A stretch of DNA of 63,370 nucleotides, the filler included, from a bacterium (GTDB lineage Bacteria > JACRDZ01 > JAQUKH01), in NCBI GenBank assembly GCA_028719205.1. It is 5 parts of 4 records of this genome, joined end to end, with 100 filler letters (N's around TTAATTAATTAA, not from the genome) between each part and the next. Parts side by side here need not be neighbours in the genome. Positions count along the whole stretch, not along the records: positions 24,926 to 43,680 come from JAQUKH010000007.1; 4 more parts are not named here. One strand, 5' to 3'. The notes under the pieces were generated by a model. That model was not told the origin of the DNA, searched no databases, and saw only the letters and a program-made list of their open reading frames with translations. Shown in pieces: positions 29,423 to 37,268 of the stretch (within the stretch, counting starts at the first letter, position 1; the number at the start of each line of letters is the position of its first letter). The position numbers and the translations under genes are program-made.

Positions 29423-29469
29423 ATATAGATTATTGTCTATATAATATACCCTTTTGAAATTGTTGTCAA
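29423..29469 (-). promoter_or_regulatory. arsR promoter (TTGACA-N17-TATTAT) with operator ATATAGA-N6-TCTATAT
   Basis: Palindrome 29423-29442 overlaps the predicted TSS. A degenerate copy (ATATAGACATATATGAATAC, 29078-29097) lies before the Cys-rich gene. Confidence 0.65.
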
Positions 29470-30422
29470 GAACTTTTTTTAAATGATGCTAAAAGTTCGC
29501 TATTAGTCGGATATTTGTGAAGCATCTTTATAAGCGTTTCCATAGCGGCAACATTTTTCATCCCTGCCAGGCTCCGGTGCAATAATTCAAGGCATCTGTA
29601 TTCTTCCGGTTCAAACAAAAGTTCAGCGCGCCGGGTACCGCTCTTTAACACATCAATTGCCGGGAACACCCTATTCTCCGCCAGTTCCTTTGAGAGCACC
29701 AGTTCCATATTACCCGTGCCTTTAAACTCCTCAAATATAACATTATCCATATTACTGCCTGTATCGACCAGGATCGTCGCAATGATAGTAATAGAGCCCT
29801 GCCCCTCTATATTGCGGGCAGCGCCAAAAATACGACGCGGTACTTCAAGCGCTCCGGCACCCACTCCTCCGGAAAGCGTACGACCTTCACCCCGGTGCTG
29901 TGAGTTATGTGACCGCGCCAGGCGCGTAAGTGAATCAAGCAATATCATCACATTATCCCCCGCGGCAGCTTTTTTAAAAGCCTCCTCGATAACCGTATCG
30001 ACGATCTTAATATGGCTTTCATGGCCATGATCTATGGACGAAGAATATACCCTGGCCTTCACGCTGCGAGTAAAATCAGTCACCTCTTCGGGACGCTCAT
30101 CAACAAGTACGCAATACACCTTCATTTCAGGATACCCTTTTGATACCGCGTTAGAAATATTTTTTAAAAATGTAGTTTTACCCGACCCGGCAGGCGATAT
30201 CACAAGAGCGCGTTGTCCCATTCCTATCGGACAAATAAGATCAAGCGCGCGGACGGACAAATCATTACTGCCCTTCTCAAGGATAATACGCGAATGAGGG
30301 TTTACTGCCGTACCGGCAAGAAATTTTTTCTCATCAGCTGAAGCCGCCCTGCGCGCCGGCACACGCGAACGCTGTTGCGGCCGTGACTGCCCGCGCCCCG
30401 GATTTGATCCAAATGAACTCAT
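29466..30422 (-). CDS. rho: Short Rho-like ATPase lacking the N-terminal RNA-binding domain
   Basis: PIGMGQRA, GSGKTT, LVDERPEEVTD, LDSLTRLAR, RTLSGG, FGAARNIE, EEFKGTGNMEL, SGTRR; only 318 aa. Confidence 0.85.
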   Translation of the reverse strand: MSSFGSNPGRGQSRPQQRSRVPARRAASADEKKFLAGTAVNPHSRIILEKGSNDLSVRALDLICPIGMGQRALVISPAGSGKTTFLKNISNAVSKGYPEMKVYCVLVDERPEEVTDFTRSVKARVYSSSIDHGHESHIKIVDTVIEEAFKKAAAGDNVMILLDSLTRLARSHNSQHRGEGRTLSGGVGAGALEVPRRIFGAARNIEGQGSITIIATILVDTGSNMDNVIFEEFKGTGNMELVLSKELAENRVFPAIDVLKSGTRRAELLFEPEEYRCLELLHRSLAGMKNVAAMETLIKMLHKYPTNSELLASFKKSS

Positions 30423-30739
30423 TTATACTCCTTACTTTTTTTTATTTTAATCCATATAACGTCAGAAATAAGAAAATAATATCATATATCTTTTTGATCT
30501 GTTTGTCGATAGTTTTTAAAGCGGTTTTAATTGACGATGATTTTATTATGGAATACATAATAAACATAGGCGGAGAGAAGGACACTAAAATAAAATTTAT
30601 TCCTTCTCAATAAACGCTCCCGATTAAATATCGGAGATGATAACAAGGCTAAACTTATAGTAATGATAACAAAATAGTTATCAAAACTAACGAGCCGGAT
30701 TTAACGTCTCTGGTCTAATCGGGTTTTTTTTGCCATGTG

Positions 30740-31774
30740 TCATTTCCCAAAATTAGATCCAAGTATGATAAGGTCATTTCCATCGACAATGTCATTTGCA
30801 TCCAGGTCCGCGGATAAGTTCCAATTGGAGTCTTGAGGACCGGAACCAAAAGCCCTTGCCAATAAGTACAAATCATAGCCGTCAACGCGGTTTGCGGAAC
30901 CCGGTGAAGAGGTATCTATATTTCCTTTCGGTTGGCTATCGGGTTTGGGATAAATTATCGTGATATTCCCGGTCGTAACCTGGTTATTATCCGAATCCCT
31001 GACAGTTATTGTACAGACTTTGTCTTTTGCCGTTTTTGGATCTATCACAGGCGTTAAAATACCTGAGCTTGAAATAACGGCTATGCTTGTATCATTGACA
31101 CTCCACGTATACGGCGGTTTACCGCCGGTTGCTGAAAATTGCAGAGTTTCATTCAGGTTCACACTTGCGGAATCAGGAGAAACGACTAAGGGTATAATTG
31201 AGGTAAACCATCTTAAATTATTCCCCGCATTGATAGAATGAAATAATGACGCTTCACCTTTCGCGAGATATTGGCCGGAGGCGGAGTTGTCTTTAACATC
31301 GACATAGTCAATATCCTGATTTCCCGAAGCTTCAAGATTTATTTTTGCCTGGCTGCCGCCGGCCGTGCTTCTCAGAACCAGCAAATTCGCGGCCGTGCCG
31401 TTCAATTTTAATTCGTTTATTATGCTCTGTGTTTTTGTTCCCTCGAAGTTTATTTGTTTCCCTGTATTTGTGATTGCTCTGAAGTTATAAAACCTGCTTT
31501 CTCCAGAAATATTTACAGGGCTTTTGCCGTCAATAAAATTCACCCGACCCGTTCCCGGTGAAAATTCCCCTGAATTGGCCCAGTTCCCGCCGATGTTTAT
31601 AGTGCCTGTGCTGAGTGCAAGCTTCCCTTTTATGCTTAGATGAGAGGGTATATTTAATATGCCGTTATTAAGATTGAATCTTGCGCCGGTACCTATGCTG
31701 ATCCCTTCAGAATAAATTTCTGCCGCGGAAAAAAACAAAAGAAATAAGGCGGGCAATATTTTTGATCTTGTCAT
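30740..31774 (-). CDS. Secreted protein with Ig-like (Big_2) and C-terminal dockerin-like domain
   Basis: Signal peptide; VSPDSASV...LQFSATGG..PYTWS; duplicated VDGYDL..LA.AFG / ADLDANDIVDGNDL..LG.NFG. Confidence 0.75.
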   Translation of the reverse strand: MTRSKILPALFLLFFSAAEIYSEGISIGTGARFNLNNGILNIPSHLSIKGKLALSTGTINIGGNWANSGEFSPGTGRVNFIDGKSPVNISGESRFYNFRAITNTGKQINFEGTKTQSIINELKLNGTAANLLVLRSTAGGSQAKINLEASGNQDIDYVDVKDNSASGQYLAKGEASLFHSINAGNNLRWFTSIIPLVVSPDSASVNLNETLQFSATGGKPPYTWSVNDTSIAVISSSGILTPVIDPKTAKDKVCTITVRDSDNNQVTTGNITIIYPKPDSQPKGNIDTSSPGSANRVDGYDLYLLARAFGSGPQDSNWNLSADLDANDIVDGNDLIILGSNFGK

Positions 31775-33222
31775 TTTATTTTCCCAATTTCCAACTTCAA
31801 TTTTTCTATTTCTTTTTGTTGTTCCTGAACAACTTTTGTAAGTACCGCTATAATATCCATAGGGTTTAACCCTTTGCGGCCTTTAGTTGCTACAAGGTCA
31901 GGGACATCCTCGGCTATAAAACCCGCACAGTTTTCTTTTTTATCTGTCTTGTAATTGAACGTTACCGGTGTTAATTTTTCAAATGCCGCCATTGCTTCAT
32001 CTATGCTTATGTTTTGAATATTTTCCTTGTAGTCTCTTGAAGAAGCATCTATCCATTGAGCGCCATCGCAATAAGCCCCGCCGATAACATATATTTTATT
32101 ATCATCAGGCGCGGCGCCTATACCAAGGTTCCCATTTATTGTTATTGTGTTACTGTCAAATTCTCCGTAAATTAAAGGCGTGGATGTAAATGAATTGTCG
32201 ATATAAAGCTTGTTTGAAGTTGTTTCATAATATCCGGCATTGTAACCTAAAAATACGTTTCCCGAGCCTGTAATGTTAGAATACCCGGCATAAGTCCCGG
32301 TAATACAATTGAAGTTGCCTGTAGTGTTAGAGAATCCGGAAGCCGTCCCAATAAAATTATTATTACATCCTGATGTGTTATTAATACCAGCACAACTTCC
32401 CACAAAATTATTTTTGTCACCTGTAGTATTATAAGCACCAGCATCAAATCCTATAAAATTATTGTTATCACCCTCAGTGTTTATAGAACCGGCACTATAT
32501 CCTATAAAGTTGTTACGTTTTCCATTACTGTTATAAATAAGACCCGCATTTTTACCAACGATAACGTTATACAGACTAGCTGAATCGACAAGAGATATTT
32601 TCCCCAAAACATCAAGCCTTTGGGCAGGATTAGTTGTACCGATCCCTATATTGCCACTGTCATAATAAATATCACTTCCCGATGCTGTCCAAAAAGTATC
32701 CCCCGGGTCTCCTTTATCCCCAGTTGGGCCTTGAGAACCAACAGCTCCCGTATCACCCTGAACTCCCTGTGTACCAATTGGGCCTTGCGGTCCGGTATTC
32801 CCTTGAGGCCCCTGTGCCCCCGTTGCACCAGAGGGGCCTGCAGGTCCGCCTGGTCCGGTTGCTCCTGTCGCGCCGGTGGGACCGGCTGAACCAGTATTTC
32901 CTGTGTCTCCCTTATCACCCTTTGGACCAACTAATCCGGTCGAATCTCCAACCCATTTTCCGGTGGAATCTATTACAGCATTTCCATTTACAGCTATATT
33001 ACCTGAGATATCAAATGTAGCATTAGGGCTGGCTTTTCCGATACCGACCTTGCCGTTTGAAAGAATATTCATCAATACTGCCCCTGTGGAGTCCTGAACC
33101 TGAAAGGCGTCTGTCCCGTTTTTGCCGGGAAGCTGTATTTCAACATTTTCCGCTATTACAATTTTTAATGATAAAAACAGAACAAAAACCCCTGAAACAA
33201 AATAAAACCCAAGTTTTTTCAT
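31771..33222 (-). CDS. Secreted collagen-like / tail-fibre-like protein with C-terminal peptidase S74 chaperone domain
   Basis: Signal peptide, GKVGIG repeats, long Gly-X-Y run, NNFIG..AG..NT.G repeats, SSRDYKENI...L.PV.F.YK...GFIAEDV...coiled coil. Confidence 0.85.
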   Translation of the reverse strand: MKKLGFYFVSGVFVLFLSLKIVIAENVEIQLPGKNGTDAFQVQDSTGAVLMNILSNGKVGIGKASPNATFDISGNIAVNGNAVIDSTGKWVGDSTGLVGPKGDKGDTGNTGSAGPTGATGATGPGGPAGPSGATGAQGPQGNTGPQGPIGTQGVQGDTGAVGSQGPTGDKGDPGDTFWTASGSDIYYDSGNIGIGTTNPAQRLDVLGKISLVDSASLYNVIVGKNAGLIYNSNGKRNNFIGYSAGSINTEGDNNNFIGFDAGAYNTTGDKNNFVGSCAGINNTSGCNNNFIGTASGFSNTTGNFNCITGTYAGYSNITGSGNVFLGYNAGYYETTSNKLYIDNSFTSTPLIYGEFDSNTITINGNLGIGAAPDDNKIYVIGGAYCDGAQWIDASSRDYKENIQNISIDEAMAAFEKLTPVTFNYKTDKKENCAGFIAEDVPDLVATKGRKGLNPMDIIAVLTKVVQEQQKEIEKLKLEIGKIK

Positions 33223-33316
33223 CTTTTCCTCCTGGTATTAATTTTTTATGATTCAATAAATTATATTATCGGAAACTTTTTATTTCTTCTTGATTTACTT
33301 TCAGGGAGGGCAAACA

Positions 33317-33856
33317 TCACTTCGATTGAAGTAAAACTACAGGCTCAATATTCAGAGTAGCCTCATCAGTCATTAAAGAGATCTGATCATCCTGTATATT
33401 GCAGCTCAGATCCATATTGCGCTTAGCCATGGCGGCCATCGCTTGTATGCTTTCGTTGGGAATTTGTTTGAGAGTCAAATTGGTTCTACGAATAAAAGCT
33501 TCCTGATTATTCTTCCACCACAGGTCAGTGGAGCCTCCGTAAAGGATAACAACCACTTGCCTTGCGCGGCCGCAAGCTTTAGTAATGATACGCTCGTCAG
33601 GCTTCCCGACCTCGATCCACAGATCAATATTTCCGGTCAAATCCTTAAGCCAAATTGTAGGATCTTCTTCGCTAATACCCTTGCCAAAAGCCAAAGCTTC
33701 ATCGGCATACATCGCAAAGGCCAGCAACCGCACCATCAGCCTTTCATCGTTTTCCGAAGGGTGTTTAGCCAGGGTTAATGAGTGCTGTTGATAATAGTTG
33801 CGGTCCATATTGGCAACATTAAGATTAACTTTATAGATAGTAGCTTTAAGTGCCAT
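33317..33856 (-). CDS. yaeQ: YaeQ family protein
   Basis: MALKATIYK...DRNYY...LAKHPSENDERLMVRLLAF, LWIEVGKPD. Confidence 0.93.
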   Translation of the reverse strand: MALKATIYKVNLNVANMDRNYYQQHSLTLAKHPSENDERLMVRLLAFAMYADEALAFGKGISEEDPTIWLKDLTGNIDLWIEVGKPDERIITKACGRARQVVVILYGGSTDLWWKNNQEAFIRRTNLTLKQIPNESIQAMAAMAKRNMDLSCNIQDDQISLMTDEATLNIEPVVLLQSK

Positions 33857-33869
33857 AATTTATTTACTT

Positions 33870-33906
33870 AAAAAATGCCCCTCGTTTTATAGAGGGGCAT
33901 TTTTTT
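33870..33906. terminator. Bidirectional intrinsic terminator
   Basis: AAAAAATGCCCCTC-loop-GAGGGGCATTTTTT. Confidence 0.85.
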
Positions 33907-33917
33907 AAAAAGATCCA

Positions 33918-34412
33918 TTAACGGGTAAATGTTAAGGTACCCACCTCATACTGTAAAGTTGAGGTATTAGTTATTTTCCTTTGAACTAAAACTTCATATG
34001 TTTGGCCGGGGGTTAAATCAGGTTCATCGTTGTTAGTTTGCATTGTACCTGCGGGAGCTGTGCCATATGTAACAGGTGAAGAAATACTATTGGTAATACC
34101 GGTAGGACCTACTGCCATTATTGCCCATGCCGTAGAGTCTGAAATACTTGTTATAATTCGGGCTACTCTTATATTACAAGCTGCTCCTCCATCCCAGGAA
34201 ATAGCTGGTTTATTTCCGGAACCAACTGTTATGTTAATTGTCCCTGTCGTGACCATGACTGTTCCACCGGTTGTTCCACCGGTTGTTCCACCTGCTGTTA
34301 CTACGGCTGTGTCACTTGATCCGGTACTGCCGCTGTCAAGGCATCCAAGGCCTAAGGCTGATAACAAAAATAACGCGATCAAACTCCTTAAAACTATTTT
34401 TCTTTTATTCAT
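33918..34412 (-). CDS. Putative lipoprotein
   Basis: MNKRK, hydrophobic stretch and LGLGC lipobox; GGTT-repeat linker; GGGGG RBS. Confidence 0.75.
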   Translation of the reverse strand: MNKRKIVLRSLIALFLLSALGLGCLDSGSTGSSDTAVVTAGGTTGGTTGGTVMVTTGTINITVGSGNKPAISWDGGAACNIRVARIITSISDSTAWAIMAVGPTGITNSISSPVTYGTAPAGTMQTNNDEPDLTPGQTYEVLVQRKITNTSTLQYEVGTLTFTR

Positions 34413-34534
34413 TACAAGACCCCCTTTTAGAATTTTAATAGTCATTTATACCAAAATTTGTCTCATAAAACAACAAAAATCAATTAAATTTTAAATTTTT
34501 ATTTTTTAGTTATATTCGATGGATGTTTTCTATG

Positions 34535-34589
34535 CAGGGGGCAACGCCCTGCCTTGAACCATTCGGTGCATGGCGCGGTGGTTGCCCTC
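34535..34589. repeat. REP-like GC-rich palindrome
   Basis: GGGGCAAC...GTTGCCCTC outer stem with an imperfect inner stem, in AT-rich intergenic DNA. Confidence 0.45.
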
Positions 34590-34603
34590 ATGACCTGATA
34601 CGG

Positions 34604-34807
34604 CTATTGTTTTTTATAAGAATTAGATATGATAGAGAGCAGTAATAATGAATTGGCTCCTATCATTACGGAGTGCGCTGTTACTCCTCCTTTGATCAAG
34701 TCGCCGAAAATTGTACGGTCATTAATAAACCTTCCGGCAAACGCTAAAATAATAAGCAGGACTCCTGCGGCCGCAAAAACGTGGGATAAAGTATTAAAGA
34801 GTTTCAT
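34604..34807 (-). CDS. Small 2-TM membrane protein
   Basis: 67 aa, two hydrophobic segments, AAGGAGGG RBS and upstream TTGACA. Confidence 0.7.
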   Translation of the reverse strand: MKLFNTLSHVFAAAGVLLIILAFAGRFINDRTIFGDLIKGGVTAHSVMIGANSLLLLSIISNSYKKQ

Positions 34808-34887
34808 TTTTTGACCCTCCTTTGAGATAACTATAATACAATAAAGGATTGAATGTCAATAGAGTTTTTCAAATAAACCGGATATTT

Positions 34888-36507
34888 TTATTTTTTAAGG
34901 CTAACTTTATTCATAACAACAATTTTTTCTACACAAGCATCACTATTAAGCCAAAATCCGATCCCTTCTTCAACATAAAATATATTACATACCGGCTTCT
35001 CAGGAAAATATTTAGGGCCGTAAGCTGTTATGATTTCATCAAGTTTACTTCCAATACCGATACTTTTAGTTGTCATACCGAGAAAAGGACTGGTTAAGAC
35101 TATTGTATTTAATTTTCCGCCAGTTTCCTCATCGTATACATTAAAAGTTAACCCTAATTTTTCATAATAATAATTTTTTGCTTTTACTTCTTTTGAAGGT
35201 GTCTCGGTTTTGTCCGGTTTACCTAACATTTGTGTGATTTCTTCAAAACTATCATTGGCAACTGTTATACCCAATATCCCCTCACCTTCATTTATTTTCA
35301 TATTTTTTGTATCACATTCCTTAACCATTTTAATATTTTTTGCTTTTTGTTCAACATACTCGTTTAGAAGGGCATTGGATAATTCAAGAGTTTTGCCATT
35401 CAAACCCCATTTGGAAATTTGATTTTCAGTATCGTTTATTAAATCAGGGGTAACTTTAGCAGTCCAATTGAAAAAATCATTTGCTTCTTTTTGTTTGTTC
35501 GAAGCTTTATTCGCGCATGCTATATATAAAAGGTATACTCCTGAATTAAGCTTCAAAGTCTTGAGAATTTCAGCCTCTTTCAAGGCTTTATCTGTTTGAC
35601 CTTTTTCCAGATAAACAATAATTAAAAAACCGTGGCCTATAGGAGAATTAAGATTCATATCTCTGATCTTTAATCCGTAATTTAATACTTCCTCCCATTT
35701 ACACATAAGGACATAAGATCCACACAGATTTGCCAATAGATCCTGCCTTTTTGGATTTAAATTAATTGCTTTTTTTAAATATTGTTCCGCTTCTTCAGGT
35801 TTTTTATTCAAGTTTAACATAGCCCCCAAATTACAAAGAGCTTCCACCCAATCAGGTTTAAATTCTATTGCTATTTTGTAACTTTTCTCCGCTTTAACTA
35901 ATTCTCCGTTTGAGAAATATGAATTCCCTAAATTGTAATATACCTCAGCGTCCTCCGGCATTATTGATATAACTTTTGTTAATAATTCTATAGCCCTGCC
36001 ATTATCTCCGATATAAGAAACTAATTGAGCAACCGACATCAAAGCCTTTCCTTTTTCTATCGAATCCTTTTCCGGCAAAGCCCCTTCAAAAACATTAGAT
36101 GCTTCCGAAATTGCATCAAACCAGCTTTTATTCCACAAAGGGCCCCTCATTTGAAATATTTCATTCCTTTCTTTTTCTTCTTTATCAATTTCACCGATCG
36201 CGCTTAAAGAAAACAGATAAAGTAATTTAGAATACTGAAGGTCATGTAAAGGTTCTGCATTATCAACAGCTATTCTGAATGACTCACACGCCTCTTTCCA
36301 ATTTCCGGCTTTTACAAACCCTAATCCTGATGATATGGACTGGTCGTATTTATCTAAAATAGCCTCTTGTTCCTCAGGGCTCATTTTTTTATTTTTTTCC
36401 ATTTTCGCCAGAATGTCATCATAAATTCCTGCATGTATATTAGTCGAACTCAGGAAAAATAAAATAATTAAAAACAGAAATAAACATTTTAATTTATTAT
36501 TATTCAT
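34888..36507 (-). CDS. Exported tetratricopeptide-repeat protein
   Basis: Signal peptide (IHA); TPRs such as AEVYYNLGNSY..G...KA...Y..AI...P. Confidence 0.85.
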   Translation of the reverse strand: MNNNKLKCLFLFLIILFFLSSTNIHAGIYDDILAKMEKNKKMSPEEQEAILDKYDQSISSGLGFVKAGNWKEACESFRIAVDNAEPLHDLQYSKLLYLFSLSAIGEIDKEEKERNEIFQMRGPLWNKSWFDAISEASNVFEGALPEKDSIEKGKALMSVAQLVSYIGDNGRAIELLTKVISIMPEDAEVYYNLGNSYFSNGELVKAEKSYKIAIEFKPDWVEALCNLGAMLNLNKKPEEAEQYLKKAINLNPKRQDLLANLCGSYVLMCKWEEVLNYGLKIRDMNLNSPIGHGFLIIVYLEKGQTDKALKEAEILKTLKLNSGVYLLYIACANKASNKQKEANDFFNWTAKVTPDLINDTENQISKWGLNGKTLELSNALLNEYVEQKAKNIKMVKECDTKNMKINEGEGILGITVANDSFEEITQMLGKPDKTETPSKEVKAKNYYYEKLGLTFNVYDEETGGKLNTIVLTSPFLGMTTKSIGIGSKLDEIITAYGPKYFPEKPVCNIFYVEEGIGFWLNSDACVEKIVVMNKVSLKK

Positions 36508-36635
36508 AATTGCTCCATTATAAAATATTTAACCGTATTTTTGATATCTTATATTTTTGTTGTTTGTTAGTATATCAAATTAACTTGTTTTTCCAAAATG
36601 GAATATCGGCTATACTGTATTTTTTTACATATAGA

Positions 36636-37166
36636 TCATATCTTTGGTTCTGGGTAAATGAGTTGTCCATTCCTTACTTTCAAAAATGGCGTTAACCTGT
36701 GCTTCTTTGCTGAAGTCTTACTCATAATATCCCGTACAATCCAGCCTTTTTTAGTAAGAGCGTCAGCAATGAGTGAACGATGACAGTTCCAGGGCACCGC
36801 TTCGGCGCACATAATTGCAGTTTTTTTCACACCGGCAATTTTCATGAGAGCTTCTAACCCCTCGTTAAATTCCGACGTCGCCATATAATCTGCATACCCC
36901 CTGAACGAAGTATTGTGCCAGCCAAGGTTTATCGAGTTTTTAATTGCGCGGCGCAATCCGCCGAGCTTTTTCAAGTGCATATAACTGAAATGCGCCTCCC
37001 GCAATGACTGTTTGAGGCCATCTTCGTTAAATTGTGGATTATGACGGGATTTGGGTATAGTTCTTACATCAACAACTTCCTTAATACAATATACTTTCAA
37101 CAATTCTATAAATTCATCTATGGGGTGTATGGAGTGTCCAATGGTGAATATGATTTGTTTTTCCAT
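36636..37166 (-). CDS. DUF488 family protein
   Basis: IFTIGHS, VDVRTIPKSR.NPQF, LGG.R, MCAEAVPWNCHRSLIAD. Confidence 0.92.
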   Translation of the reverse strand: MEKQIIFTIGHSIHPIDEFIELLKVYCIKEVVDVRTIPKSRHNPQFNEDGLKQSLREAHFSYMHLKKLGGLRRAIKNSINLGWHNTSFRGYADYMATSEFNEGLEALMKIAGVKKTAIMCAEAVPWNCHRSLIADALTKKGWIVRDIMSKTSAKKHRLTPFLKVRNGQLIYPEPKI

Positions 37167-37215
37167 AATTTATTTTTTGATGTCATCCAATCTTGTAGCT
37201 GCTTTATCGATTATG

Positions 37216-37256
37216 TTTATTGTAGGGGCAGGCCTCGTGCCTGCCCCTACAATAAA
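37216..37256. repeat. GTAG-type REP palindrome (perfect 18-bp stem)
   Basis: TTTATTGTAGGGGCAGGC-CTCGT-GCCTGCCCCTACAATAAA. Confidence 0.75.
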
Positions 37257-37268
37257 TGCAATTCGGTA

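Noticed and set aside
31771-33222. Prophage tail fibre
   Set aside because: It has a Sec signal peptide and there are no phage structural, integrase or lysis genes nearby.
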